Below, in pieces: positions 1-10,138 of a stretch of DNA of 64,000 bases; the first letter of the stretch is position 1, and every line of letters begins with the position of its first letter. The position numbers and the translations under genes are program-made. Source of the DNA: Thermodesulfovibrionales bacterium. Lineage in GTDB: Bacteria; Nitrospirota; Thermodesulfovibrionia; Thermodesulfovibrionales; SM23-35. The stretch lies in assembly GCA_963715195.1 (NCBI GenBank), contig CAVQRT010000003.1:224001-288000 (forward strand), read 5' to 3'. The notes below the pieces were generated by a model. It saw only the letters and a list, made by a program, of their open reading frames with translations. It made no database searches and was not told the DNA's origin.

Positions 1-642
1 GAGCAATATCGGGAGGTGTCCGAGGATTCTCTGCAGCGACCGTATTAACGGAGTAACGAGAAGCCTTGTCATCCTTCCGTGCAGTCTGTCCGTTACCCTG
101 CTGTAGAAACCCTTGCAAAAGTCATAGTCGAGATTTGGATTCGTGACCGGATAGCAGAGCCGCGCGAGCAGCCCCCTGTCATACGTAAGGATGTCGCAGT
201 CGTGCAGCGCAATTCCGTGGATATATTGTTCTGACAGGATAAAACCGTAGGCCATCCATGCAGATCTTCCTTTCCCCGGCTCGCCTATGGGAAGCTCCGC
301 ATCTTCAATTGCCCGGTATAATGCATCGATTCTTGGCCCTGTATTCCAGATGATTCTCGTCTTCTGAGGAAGAACAGAAAAAAATTCCTGTGCAGAGTGG
401 AATTCTTCCTCTGTCGCAGGCCCGAGGGTAACAACAATTTCCTTGATGTATTTCACTCCCTGCAGTTCCCTGATAATGCCCTTCAAGGCTTCTCCGTCAA
501 GTTCGCTGAAGAGCGACGGGAGTACAAGGGCTATCGGCCTCTCATTGGTATACCACGATAATTCCGCCTCTATCTTCTCGAGATCGATCTTGCCCAGCCT
601 GTGGAAAGTAGCGATAACACCTGTCTGGAAAAAGTCTGCCAT
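1..642 (-). CDS. Glucosyl-3-phosphoglycerate synthase-like glycosyltransferase (3' end outside the window)
   Basis: Not in ORF track. AAGGAGG SD, then ATG at 642; open frame MADFFQTGVIATFHRL...PGKGRSAW...HDCDI...FCKGFYSRV...LHGRMTRL, typical of GpgS-type GT-A enzymes; near an MPG/GPG phosphatase. Confidence 0.8.
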   Translation of the reverse strand, partial: MADFFQTGVIATFHRLGKIDLEKIEAELSWYTNERPIALVLPSLFSELDGEALKGIIRELQGVKYIKEIVVTLGPATEEEFHSAQEFFSVLPQKTRIIWNTGPRIDALYRAIEDAELPIGEPGKGRSAWMAYGFILSEQYIHGIALHDCDILTYDRGLLARLCYPVTNPNLDYDFCKGFYSRVTDRLHGRMTRLLVTPLIRSLQRILGHLPILL

Positions 643-682
643 GTTACACCTCCTTGTCTAAAACATGCACGGCGAATGTACT

Positions 683-1108
683 TTACTGATACGCGAGGAT
701 GCGGATACCTTCGGACGCAGCAGCGTTCGAGAGCATATCGTCTGCGGATGAAAAGACAAGATGGATGTCCTTATGCTGTTTTTGTATAAGCTTCGCAGCG
801 GACAAATGGATGGCGTCAAACCTCCTCAATCCATATTTCTGAATGAAGAGCCCTGCCTCGCGTTCATCAAAATCAACAATAGCGTAATGAAGCCAGTCAT
901 GCGAAAATCTTTTCACAACCATATCATATTGTTTTTGTGACAGGTCATTTTTTTTCAGCCGCTTGTCCAGTGAAGATATCATCTCTGTATACGCAATACG
1001 GCATGTCGACACTATTTCAGCCTGCCGGACCCATTCGCGCACGATATCCGAATATTGTTCCTCGACATACAGCTTAGCAAGACTGCTTGTTCCGAGATAT
1101 AAAATCAT
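683..1108 (-). CDS. PIN-domain (VapC-like) toxin
   Basis: MILYLGTSSLAKLY...LRRFDAIHLSAA...FSSAD; the first PIN Asp (usually LDTS) reads Gly here; overlaps the antitoxin by 4 nt. Confidence 0.85.
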   Translation of the reverse strand: MILYLGTSSLAKLYVEEQYSDIVREWVRQAEIVSTCRIAYTEMISSLDKRLKKNDLSQKQYDMVVKRFSHDWLHYAIVDFDEREAGLFIQKYGLRRFDAIHLSAAKLIQKQHKDIHLVFSSADDMLSNAAASEGIRILAYQ

Positions 1109-1365
1109 CCTCGCTCTTCAAGAATCGTCTCGGAAAGCGGTTGCCCCTTGAGGGTGATTCCCTCAAGAACTCTTGGTTTGCCTCCCGACCAGTGGGACTT
1201 GCCTGAATCAACGAGCGACCTGATTGCTTTTCGCTCGGGTGAGATGCGGGTTATCACAGCAACTTCCCTTCCATGTTCGGTAATAATCACCTGGTCCCCT
1301 TTGCTGACCCTGTCAATGTAACTGCTCAATCGTGCCTTCAGGTCCTTAATGCCGACAGAAACCAT
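1105..1365 (-). CDS. Phd/YefM antitoxin
   Basis: VGIKDLKARLSSYIDRVSKGDQVIITEHGREVA is the Phd signature. Confidence 0.9.
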   Translation of the reverse strand: MVSVGIKDLKARLSSYIDRVSKGDQVIITEHGREVAVITRISPERKAIRSLVDSGKSHWSGGKPRVLEGITLKGQPLSETILEERG

Positions 1366-1507
1366 GCAATGTATCTCCTTTGAAAATTATTTATGGTTAC
1401 AATATACTATTAAAGTAGTTATAAAATCAACTGATTTCCTATGGTATGATAACCAGGCCCGGCTGCCGGCATCAGTGGGGTCTCTTCAATATCAAATGAG
1501 AGGAATA

Positions 1508-2824
1508 ATGGACAATCAGAGGAAAATCGTATCTGCACTCTTTCGCACTGCAATTCAGTCAGTATCACCATATGAGAAAACGAAACAGGTTTGCAGCGAT
1601 ATCGTACGGGAGGAAATTTCAGGAATGGGCGATGCCGTGATTATCAAAGTTATCGGTTTCGGCAAAGCAGCATGTCCGATGGCAAAAGCAGCGGAGGAAT
1701 GTTTGCAGCATCATATCGATCGCGGAATAATTCTCACGAAATATTCCCATTGCCGCGGATACGATTTTTTGAGGATGGATGTATACGAGGCAGGACATCC
1801 CCTGCCCGACGCAAACGGATTGCGGGGGACAGAACGCGTCATTGATATCATCAGGGGATCTGACGAACATACGCTGGTCCTCTGTCTGATATCAGGAGGC
1901 GGTTCGTCGCTGCTCGTTGCTCCGCATGACGGTATCACGCTGGACGAAAAGCAGCGTGCAACCAATCTTCTCCTGCGGGCGGGCGCGGATATACAGGAGC
2001 TGAATATCGTTCGAAAGCATCTGTCAAGGGTTAAGGGCGGAAGGCTTGCGGAAATTGCCTATCCTGCCAGAATAATTTCGCTGATTTTGTCCGACGTCAT
2101 TCAGGACAGGGTTGACACCATCGCGTCAGGTCCAACCGCTCCTGATGCGTCTGTATATGACGATGCCCTTTTTGTTCTCGACAAATACGGTCTCGTGGAA
2201 AAAATACCCGATGCTGTCCGGCAAATTCTCCAGAAAGGCGCGGGGGGAATCATTCCCGAAACCCCCAAAGAAGGCGACGCCATTTTCCGGAATGTTCAGA
2301 ATATCATCATCGGGAGCAATTCGATTGCGCTGCACGCTGCGCAGGAGAAGGCAAAGAATCTCGGCTTCAAGAGTGAGATTCTCTCCGGAAAAATTACCGG
2401 GGAAGCAAGGGATACCGGGGTCTGGCTGGCTTCCGTTGCACGGGAGGCGCAGAAAAATTTTGGCACACAAAATCAGAAGGGATTATGCCTGATATCAGGG
2501 GGAGAGACTACCGTTACGGTCAAAGGAAGCGGCCTGGGTGGCAGGAATACGGAACTCGCCCTCTCATTCGCGATGGCGATTGAAGGAATTCATGGTATCA
2601 CCCTTCTCTCGGCGGGGACAGATGGAACCGACGGACCGACTGATGCAGCGGGCGCAATAGTGGACGGTACCACCGTACACAAGGCGACAGCATGCGGGAT
2701 CGACCCTCATCGGTTCCTCGAGGATAATGATTCCTACAATTTTTTCAAAAAAACTGAAGGACTGTTTGTCACCGGTCCGACCGGAACCAATGTAATGGAT
2801 ATACAGATCATGATCATAGAATGA
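1508..2824 (+). CDS. Glycerate kinase (MOFRL/DUF4147 family)
   Basis: GKAA, AGHPLPD, LISGGGSSL, GGETTV, GGRN, GTDGTDGPTDAAGA, GPTGTNVMD; start moved to ATG 1508 after GAGGA. Confidence 0.9.
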   Translation: MDNQRKIVSALFRTAIQSVSPYEKTKQVCSDIVREEISGMGDAVIIKVIGFGKAACPMAKAAEECLQHHIDRGIILTKYSHCRGYDFLRMDVYEAGHPLPDANGLRGTERVIDIIRGSDEHTLVLCLISGGGSSLLVAPHDGITLDEKQRATNLLLRAGADIQELNIVRKHLSRVKGGRLAEIAYPARIISLILSDVIQDRVDTIASGPTAPDASVYDDALFVLDKYGLVEKIPDAVRQILQKGAGGIIPETPKEGDAIFRNVQNIIIGSNSIALHAAQEKAKNLGFKSEILSGKITGEARDTGVWLASVAREAQKNFGTQNQKGLCLISGGETTVTVKGSGLGGRNTELALSFAMAIEGIHGITLLSAGTDGTDGPTDAAGAIVDGTTVHKATACGIDPHRFLEDNDSYNFFKKTEGLFVTGPTGTNVMDIQIMIIE

Positions 2825-2843
2825 ACCAAAAGGATACGGGTGC

Positions 2844-3674
2844 ATGAAAAAAATCATTATCTTTACAGATCTCGACGGCACTCTGCTGGATACCCACACG
2901 TACTCTTTCTCAGCGGCTTTACCGTCCCTTCAACTCCTGAGGGGAAAAGACATCCCCCTCATCATCTGTTCAAGCAAGACACGAGCGGAGATAGAGCACT
3001 ACAGAATGAAAATGAAGAATCATCATCCTTTTATATCAGAAAACGGCGGGGGGGTATTCATACCAAAAAAGTACTTTACCATAACCTTTTCAGATTCTAA
3101 GTTTCTGGTTGTCCAAAACAGAAAATACGATACCATAACACTCGGCTCACCATACAAAGATTTGCGTACAGTGATACAGGAACTCCGGGAACAAGGCTTA
3201 CCAGTAAAAGGTTTCGGCGATATGTCTGCCGAAGAAGTTGCAGCACTCACCAACCTGAGTATTTATGAAGCACTGATGGCCAAGAAGAGGGGCTTTGACG
3301 AGCCATTTGTTTTTGAAGGTGATGATGCAGAAATCCGGAGACTGAGCACATTCATTCAATCCAAAGGATTTACTGTGACCCGGGGCAGATTCTTCCACAT
3401 ACTTGGCAACTATGATAAGGGAATGGCAGTTTCCATCCTGAGCGAACTATACAAAAAACAGTTCGGTGAGATTCTGACTGCAGCGGTAGGCGACAGTCCC
3501 AATGATTTACCGATGCTGCAACAAGTCGACATGCCGTTCATTGTCCAAAAACCCGATGGCAGTTATGATCCTTTTCTGGACCTGCCCGGCATCACAAAGG
3601 CTGATGATATTGGCCCAAAAGGTTGGAACAAGGCTATCGAGAAGCTTTTATCGTTATTCCGCCCTTCGGGATAA
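2844..3674 (+). CDS. Mannosyl/glucosyl-3-phosphoglycerate phosphatase (HAD IIB)
   Basis: FTDLDGTLLD, SSKTRAE, ISENGG, GDSPND, GPKGWN. Confidence 0.9.
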   Translation: MKKIIIFTDLDGTLLDTHTYSFSAALPSLQLLRGKDIPLIICSSKTRAEIEHYRMKMKNHHPFISENGGGVFIPKKYFTITFSDSKFLVVQNRKYDTITLGSPYKDLRTVIQELREQGLPVKGFGDMSAEEVAALTNLSIYEALMAKKRGFDEPFVFEGDDAEIRRLSTFIQSKGFTVTRGRFFHILGNYDKGMAVSILSELYKKQFGEILTAAVGDSPNDLPMLQQVDMPFIVQKPDGSYDPFLDLPGITKADDIGPKGWNKAIEKLLSLFRPSG

Positions 3675-4857
3675 TCGCTATTCCCGATGGATCTATATGG
3701 CAGCGGAAACGGTCCTTTTCAGGATCAAATCCGAATTCAACCCCTTCATCGATGACGTTCATTTTATCAACAATGACTTTTTTCAGTCTGCAGCCTTTCC
3801 TGAGGACCACATGATCCATAATAATGCAATTGTCCACATTGACATCATCTTCTATGACAACGCCGCTGCGGATGAATGAATTCCGAATTTTTGCCTTGTG
3901 AATCGTACACCCTTCGGCAATCATGCTGTTCCGAATGTCACCTCTCAGGATCTTTGACGCCGGGCCTTCGTACCCCGAAGGATGAACCGGCCATAAATCG
4001 TTATCGATCTCAAAAAGGGGTTCTTTTCCCAGTAGATCCATATGCGCATCAAAAAAGGCAGATATGGTCCCTACATCCCGCCAGTAGCCTTCTTCCTCAT
4101 AAATTTTCGTTCCCGGGATACTATTTGTCGCAAAATCGTAGGCGAAAACCCTGCCTGTATCAACCAGACCAGGTATGACATGGGCACCGAAATCATGCTG
4201 TTTTTTTCTTTGTGATCTCGCCAACGCATTCACGAGAATATCCTTATTGAAAATGTAGTTTCCCATGGACACATAGGCACGGCGGGGATCGCCCGGCATG
4301 GGGGTCGGTTTTTTTGGTTTTTCCTGAAAACCGACGATCCGCCGCTCATCATCGCTCATAATGACACCGAATGAGGAAGCCTGTTCGACCGGCACCGGTC
4401 GTGCAGCAACCGTCACAAGTGCATCTTTTTGTAAATGATAATCGATCATCTGACGGATGTCCATCCGGTAAATATGGTCTGATCCGAAAACAATAATAAG
4501 TCCAGGCTTGATCTGCTGGATAAGATTGAAATTCTGAAAAACAGCGTCGGCAGTCCCCTGAAACCATTCCGGACCAGAACGCATCTGCGGCGGGACAACG
4601 GTAACAAAATGATCTTTCGCAACTGAGGAAAGATTCCAGTGCATCCGGACATGTTCGATAAGAGATTGTGACTTGTACTGAACGAGGAGATAGAGAGAGT
4701 AAATCTGGGAATTCACGAAGTTGCTGAGGACAAAGTCCACAATCCTGTACCTCCCGCCTATAGGAACAGCAGGCTTTGAACGGAACGCCGTCAACGGGAA
4801 AAGCCTCTCGCCCTTCCCTCCTGCAAGAATGAATGCCAGCACTTTTGGGTATGCCAC
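3634..4857 (-). CDS. glgC: Glucose-1-phosphate adenylyltransferase
   Basis: LAGGKGERLFPLT..RSKPAVP, QGTADAV, SMGNYIF, YWRDVGT; GTG start after AGGAGG. Confidence 0.95.
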   Translation of the reverse strand: MAYPKVLAFILAGGKGERLFPLTAFRSKPAVPIGGRYRIVDFVLSNFVNSQIYSLYLLVQYKSQSLIEHVRMHWNLSSVAKDHFVTVVPPQMRSGPEWFQGTADAVFQNFNLIQQIKPGLIIVFGSDHIYRMDIRQMIDYHLQKDALVTVAARPVPVEQASSFGVIMSDDERRIVGFQEKPKKPTPMPGDPRRAYVSMGNYIFNKDILVNALARSQRKKQHDFGAHVIPGLVDTGRVFAYDFATNSIPGTKIYEEEGYWRDVGTISAFFDAHMDLLGKEPLFEIDNDLWPVHPSGYEGPASKILRGDIRNSMIAEGCTIHKAKIRNSFIRSGVVIEDDVNVDNCIIMDHVVLRKGCRLKKVIVDKMNVIDEGVEFGFDPEKDRFRCHIDPSGIAIIPKGGITIKASR

Positions 4858-4959
4858 GGTACCTCCTGAAAGCATATGCTTGTTTCAATTGTATATCATG
4901 CCCGGGAAAAATGAAATCTCCGACTCAAGAATACCCTCTGCAGCTGTTCCGCCCGCGGT

Positions 4960-7200
4960 TCAACTACCTCTATTTTTCAGTGCCGAAGCGAGATCAATCA
5001 ATCTTTGATCCTCTAAAATCTCCGCAAGTGAAATTGGTGTCTTTTGAATCCAGTTTGGATGCTCATCGACCGTGCCGGGCAGATTCTGCTGCTCAAGGGT
5101 TCCAATGACATCGTCGAGACTGACCAGCAAAAGTTTGCACGGTGTCCGGTCGAGATAGCGGTATATGGCGAGACAGAGTGCAGATGACATGTTCTTTGTA
5201 TTTTCTGATTTCTCCGGATAATCATCAGGAATGAGACCCTGTGAGCGCAATGCAGAGAGGATCAGCTTCCTGTCCCGATCCCTGTCCTTGAGGTGTTTTT
5301 GCCATACAGCATCTGCATAGGTCCCCAGCCTTCTCCTTGCCGCTATGTCATGCGCACGCCAGTATCCGGAGAGCGTCGGCAGGTCATGCGTCGTTACGGC
5401 ACACAGCGCCGTTTCAGGATATTTGTCTGGTGTGAGAAATGAAGGGTCCGGATAGTTCCGTTCAAAATAAAAAAGCCGGTAGGAGAGCATGCGGAATCTG
5501 TTCAGTATTTCCCTTACATTCTCGCCGATGGTACCAAGGTCTTCTGCAATAACGACCGCCCTGTTGCGGACGCTCTCCAGCGCAATAATTCTGAGAAGGT
5601 CTTCAGACGGCTGTTCAACATACGCACCGTCTTTGGGCATAATTCCATCGGGGACCCAGAATATTCTGAACAGGCCGAGCGCATGGTCTATCCGGATTGC
5701 ACCGCCATACTTCATATTTTTTTGTATCGTCCGGCGGAAGAATTCATATCCGCTTTCCCGCAACTTCTCGGGAATCAGGGGCGGGAAGCCCCATCTCTGA
5801 CCATCGGGGCTGAAATCATCAGGAGGTGCGCCAACCTGCGCTCCATGCGCCATAACCTCTTTGTAGCTCCATGCATCGCTTCCATCGCCGACCGATCCAA
5901 CAGCAAGATCAAAGTAGAGGCCTACCGGCATATGATGCTCCTTGACAACGAGGGAAAGCTCCTTCATTTGAGTGTCAATGAGCCACTGGACATACTGAAA
6001 ATAGAGCAGTTCCCGCACGTGCCTTTTCCCGAATTTCCTTACCGCCTCCCCCTCCAAGCGCTGATACTCTTCGGGCCAGTTTCGCCAGGAAAAAACACTC
6101 CGTGTCCGCTTCATATGTTTCCATAAAGCCAAGAAAAGGGAAAATGATTCAAGAGCAGGCCCTTCCGCTGAAACATACGCCTGAAAATCTCTGCCCCGTT
6201 TTGTCTTGCCGGTATAGTGTTTTTGAAAAAAGCAATTGAATGCCTTTCTGAGCACCTTTTCCTTGATCGCTGCTACCGCCTCGTAATCGATGAATTCTTT
6301 CCTTTTGATTTTTTTGATCTCCGCCCGGAATTTTTCCGATGCAATCTCAGTGCGCAGATCAACTGATTCAGCAACTTCGGGGACGTGCTCAATATCGAGG
6401 TATATGTGATTTCTGTATAACCTGCTCAGGGGAGCATACGGGCTCACACCGAACGGATGTGAGTTCGGAAGCGCATGCAGTGGATTGATACCGATAAAAC
6501 TGCCCTGGGCAGCGGCGAGCCATCCGACAAGGTCCCGCAGGTCCGTAAAATCACCAACACCCCAGTTTCGCCGTGAATTCAATGCATACAGATTCGTTGA
6601 TAATCCCCAAACCTTTTTATGTTCGAGTTCAGGAGGCATATAGCAGACATCAGGCGTTACAATGATTCTCGACCGTAGGACAAGCTTGTCCGACCTGTTC
6701 GGGAAAATCATCTCTGGATGCCGGCACTCTGCATGAAAGGTGTAGTACCCGATATCCCTTTGCACCGTATCCGTGAGAAAAGCCTGCATGTATCTTCTGC
6801 CGTCTATCTGTCGAGTTGCATGAATCCTGATATCTGAGCCGGAAATGAGGACAGGGTTCTTCTTCCGGGATATCTTCTCCTCGTTCTCAAGATACCATGA
6901 TATGGCAAGTCCTGATTCCCTGCCCGGTTCAATGGGAAGATAAACCGGGATGGCAAGAGGCTGAGCATTGACGGATATCACCTGTACAGGGTCTATGAAT
7001 TGTTTCCACGGCTTCGATTTTCTATCCTGAATCCCATGCAGAATCTCGGCAGTTGAATCGATTTTCAGCCCCATTGCTTTCAGAATCGCTTTTCTGGTCT
7101 CAATCGAAGTCTCATGCTTCTGACCAAAAATATCCCAGTACCACGGCACGATTCCGCAGAGCGCTGAGAGCTCAAGAATCAGTTCGCTGTGATCATGCAT
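4960..7200 (-). CDS. malQ: 4-alpha-glucanotransferase (GH77)
   Basis: WGVGDF, INPLHA, DLAVG, GAPPD, IRIDHALG, AEDLG, TTHDLPT, QNLPGT; start at MHDHSEL. Confidence 0.92.
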   Translation of the reverse strand: MHDHSELILELSALCGIVPWYWDIFGQKHETSIETRKAILKAMGLKIDSTAEILHGIQDRKSKPWKQFIDPVQVISVNAQPLAIPVYLPIEPGRESGLAISWYLENEEKISRKKNPVLISGSDIRIHATRQIDGRRYMQAFLTDTVQRDIGYYTFHAECRHPEMIFPNRSDKLVLRSRIIVTPDVCYMPPELEHKKVWGLSTNLYALNSRRNWGVGDFTDLRDLVGWLAAAQGSFIGINPLHALPNSHPFGVSPYAPLSRLYRNHIYLDIEHVPEVAESVDLRTEIASEKFRAEIKKIKRKEFIDYEAVAAIKEKVLRKAFNCFFQKHYTGKTKRGRDFQAYVSAEGPALESFSLFLALWKHMKRTRSVFSWRNWPEEYQRLEGEAVRKFGKRHVRELLYFQYVQWLIDTQMKELSLVVKEHHMPVGLYFDLAVGSVGDGSDAWSYKEVMAHGAQVGAPPDDFSPDGQRWGFPPLIPEKLRESGYEFFRRTIQKNMKYGGAIRIDHALGLFRIFWVPDGIMPKDGAYVEQPSEDLLRIIALESVRNRAVVIAEDLGTIGENVREILNRFRMLSYRLFYFERNYPDPSFLTPDKYPETALCAVTTHDLPTLSGYWRAHDIAARRRLGTYADAVWQKHLKDRDRDRKLILSALRSQGLIPDDYPEKSENTKNMSSALCLAIYRYLDRTPCKLLLVSLDDVIGTLEQQNLPGTVDEHPNWIQKTPISLAEILEDQRLIDLASALKNRGS

Positions 7201-7305
7201 TGGTTCCTCTGCCCCTGTTATCTTCTGCATGATAGATATATAATACTTCATATCCCTGGCGGACGTATTCGACCCGATTTTCACGACAGGCAGGTAACGC
7301 TGAGA

Positions 7306-8130
7306 ATGAAGCAGATACTTTGCTCCCTTGTTATTATCACCAATCTCTTGTTTCCTGTTCCAGCTTCCGCTGAAACGCCGAAACGTATCATCTCGCTCGC
7401 CCCCAATATAACCGAAATTCTCTTTGCACTCGGCTTCGACGACAGGATCGTTGCCGTCACCAGTTTTTGTGATTATCCCGGGGGGACAAAGAACAAACAG
7501 AAGGTCGGGGGAATGTCCAATCCTTCACTGGAAAGAGTCGTTTCCTTACAGCCGGACATGGTGATAATGACAACCGACGGGAATCCAAAAGCTTTTGCTG
7601 AGAGATTAGAGTCATTCAGGATACGGACATATGTATTCAGGGCCCGTACTCTCTCGGAACTCCCGCAAGGGATACGTGGGATAGGTTCAGCACTTGATGT
7701 TCCGGGAAAGGCTGATATGTTGGCACGCGACATTCAAGCATCCCTGAATAATCTTTCACATCGGATCCCTGAATCTTCACGAAGAAAAAAGGTGCTCTTC
7801 ATCATCTGGCCGGAGCCTCTGATCGTTGCAGGACCCGGTACCGCGATTGATGATGCAATCACTCTCCTGGGGCATCACAACATTGCCAAAGAATCAATAT
7901 CCTCGTATCCCAAATACTCTCTTGAGGAGATCATTCTGCAGGCGCCAGACATAATTTTCATCGGAAAGGGACATTCGGACATGCGGAACATGTCCAAAGG
8001 CCTGCTCAAAAAACTCTCTGGTGTTCCCGCGGTAAAAAATCAGCGCGTTTTTTTCATCAGTGACAATCTTTACAGGCTCGGGCCACGGGTCATACCCGGC
8101 ATTGAGGAAATGGCTGCATGTCTCAGGTAA
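7306..8130 (+). CDS. Cobalamin/iron ABC substrate-binding protein (BtuF-like)
   Basis: Signal peptide, RIISLAPNITEILFALG, CDYP, RLGPR. Confidence 0.85.
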   Translation: MKQILCSLVIITNLLFPVPASAETPKRIISLAPNITEILFALGFDDRIVAVTSFCDYPGGTKNKQKVGGMSNPSLERVVSLQPDMVIMTTDGNPKAFAERLESFRIRTYVFRARTLSELPQGIRGIGSALDVPGKADMLARDIQASLNNLSHRIPESSRRKKVLFIIWPEPLIVAGPGTAIDDAITLLGHHNIAKESISSYPKYSLEEIILQAPDIIFIGKGHSDMRNMSKGLLKKLSGVPAVKNQRVFFISDNLYRLGPRVIPGIEEMAACLR

Positions 8131-9083
8131 AAATCATTTCTCACCTGTCTGCCGCTCTCCTTATCATTCTCTTCTCCCTCCTGCTCGGTTCTCATGCGAT
8201 CAATCCGTTTCAGATCAGCGACGTTGAGCAGGAAATTCTCATCTCCATCAGACTTCCCCGTGTCATTGTAGCGGTTCTCATGGGAATGGCTTTAGGAGCT
8301 TCGGGCGCTGTTCTCCAGGGGATACTGAAAAATCCCCTTGCAGACCCCTATATCCTTGGGATTTCCAGCGGAGCAGCCCTGTCGGCAACTCTCGGATTCG
8401 TCTCCGGTGTGTATATTCTGGGGAAATTCAGCATACCTTTCACCGCTTTTATCGGTGCATCCCTCATCAGCGCGATCGTTGGTATTTTCGGCTGGAAGGC
8501 TGGCAAACTCTTGCCGGAGCGGCTTCTTCTTGCCGGTGTCGGTCTCAGCTTTCTCCTGTACGCCATGTTAATGTTCATCATCAGCATTTCATCACATGAA
8601 GGCATCAGGAGGGCTGTGCTCTGGATATTCGGAGATCTGTCAATTGCTGATTGGTCGATGATTCCATACGGAATGCTCTTTATTCTCGGTGGTTTGTACA
8701 TTTCCGTCTCTCGGGCAAAAGCCCTGAATGCCTTAATGCTCGGAGATGAGATTGCCCACAGCCTGGGTTTTGCCGTCCACCGGGAAAGGCTCCTCTTTTT
8801 TATTGCGATTTCCCTTATGACCTCGGCATCGGTATCTCTGGGCGGGACAATCGGATTTATCGGGCTTCTCGTCCCTCATATGGTCAGATTTATCTCAGGG
8901 GCTGACAACAGATACGTGGTGCCGCTGTCTGCGCTGTACGGCGGGGTGTTTCTCTGCGGTGCGGATCTAATCGGCAGAGCTCTGCTGCCACCAATGGAGA
9001 TTCCTTCAGGAATCATAACTGCACTGATTGGATCTCCATATTTTCTTTACCTGTTACGGAAACGGGATGTCCTCACTGCCTGA
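8118..9083 (+). CDS. FecCD/BtuC family ABC permease
   Basis: IRLPR, NPLADPYILGISSGA, GTIGFIGLLVPH. Confidence 0.9.
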   Translation: MSQVKIISHLSAALLIILFSLLLGSHAINPFQISDVEQEILISIRLPRVIVAVLMGMALGASGAVLQGILKNPLADPYILGISSGAALSATLGFVSGVYILGKFSIPFTAFIGASLISAIVGIFGWKAGKLLPERLLLAGVGLSFLLYAMLMFIISISSHEGIRRAVLWIFGDLSIADWSMIPYGMLFILGGLYISVSRAKALNALMLGDEIAHSLGFAVHRERLLFFIAISLMTSASVSLGGTIGFIGLLVPHMVRFISGADNRYVVPLSALYGGVFLCGADLIGRALLPPMEIPSGIITALIGSPYFLYLLRKRDVLTA

Positions 9084-9118
9084 GGTAACCGCTCAGCATC
9101 CGAAAAAACGGAATACTA

Positions 9119-9250
9119 TTAGGAAATTTTCTTTTTGATGGTTTTGACTTTTCTGGCTACTTTCTTTTTCACAGACTTCGCGGTCTTGGTCACCTTTTTC
9201 TTTACAGACTTTGCCTGCTTCGCAACCTTTTTCCCAATCTTAGTAGCCAT
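9119..9250 (-). CDS. 43-aa Lys-rich basic peptide (histone H1-like composition)
   Basis: AAGGAGG SD; MATKIGKKVAKQAKSVKKKVTKTAKSVKKKVARKVKTIKKKIS followed by TAA TAG; sigma70 promoter upstream. Confidence 0.8.
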   Translation of the reverse strand: MATKIGKKVAKQAKSVKKKVTKTAKSVKKKVARKVKTIKKKIS

Positions 9251-9282
9251 TCTTTCCTCCTTCAGTTTTTTATGCCGCTGAA

Positions 9283-9311
9283 ATCCTAACAGGAAGTACT
9301 CCTGATGTCAA
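9283..9311 (-). promoter_or_regulatory. Sigma70 promoter of the Lys-rich peptide gene
   Basis: TTGACA-17 bp-TAGGAT with TG extension. Confidence 0.65.
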
Positions 9312-9343
9312 CCGTATTAGCCCGAAAAATGCCTTTGAAAAAA

Positions 9344-9482
9344 GCGGATGTTTTGGAAAAACGTATTTTTCGATTCTATACTGTCTCCGTCACGAATGGT
9401 CAACGGAATATTTTCATCAGGAAAACAAGCAAAAACAATTTTCATAATCATCGAGTTATATAAATTTCTGAACAATGTCTGC
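9344..9482 (+). repeat. Long-hairpin dispersed element, copy A
   Basis: GATGTT..GAAAAA..TATTTTTCGAT...ATGG...AATCATCGAGTT...AATGTCT shared with copies at 48874 and 51046. Confidence 0.7.
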
Positions 9483-9520
9483 ATTGTTTGCGTCAAGCAA
9501 TAAAAAGGCGCTCTTCAAAA

Positions 9521-10138
9521 CTAACCAAGATTGAGCAGTTCTTCTAAAGTTGCCCGTGATTTCATTTCAATTTCAGCATGCAGGCTCTTCCCATAAGCAT
9601 CCATCGTTACAATCGCGGGGAAATCATTCACTTCGAGAATCCACATGGCCTCTGCCATGCCAAACTCCTTAAGCTTCCAGACGCCTGCTACCCGTTTTAC
9701 GCGATCAGCAAGATAAATCGCAGCGCCACCGATTGCATGCAGATATACACAGCCATGCTTCCTGAGGGCATTGAGCGTTTCCGTGCCCATGCCTCCCTTG
9801 CCCATCAACGCCCGGACGCCATAGACCGCGATAATCCTTGATGCATAACTTTCGACCCGCATGCTCGTTGTGGGACCGCTTGCAACACAGCGGTAACCTC
9901 CTGAAGTCTGCTCGATAATCGGCCCGCAATGGTAGAGGATTGTCCCTTTGAGATTGAAAGGTATCTGTTGCTCAGGTGGTCTCTTGTCGAATAAATATCT
10001 GTGCAGCTTATCCCTGCCGGTAACGAGCAACCCCTGCAGAGTAACGATGTCCCCTGTACGCAGCGACAGAGCATCTTTTTTGGCCATAGGGAGGCGGAGT
10101 ATTTTTGTTTTCTGACCGTTTAATTTCGAATGCTGCAT
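9521..10138 (-). CDS. Fe-S hydro-lyase (fumarate hydratase/tartrate dehydratase) beta subunit
   Basis: TGRDKLH, YHCGP, GPTTSMR, MGKGG, GMAEAMW, VTMD. Confidence 0.9.
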   Translation of the reverse strand: MQHSKLNGQKTKILRLPMAKKDALSLRTGDIVTLQGLLVTGRDKLHRYLFDKRPPEQQIPFNLKGTILYHCGPIIEQTSGGYRCVASGPTTSMRVESYASRIIAVYGVRALMGKGGMGTETLNALRKHGCVYLHAIGGAAIYLADRVKRVAGVWKLKEFGMAEAMWILEVNDFPAIVTMDAYGKSLHAEIEMKSRATLEELLNLG

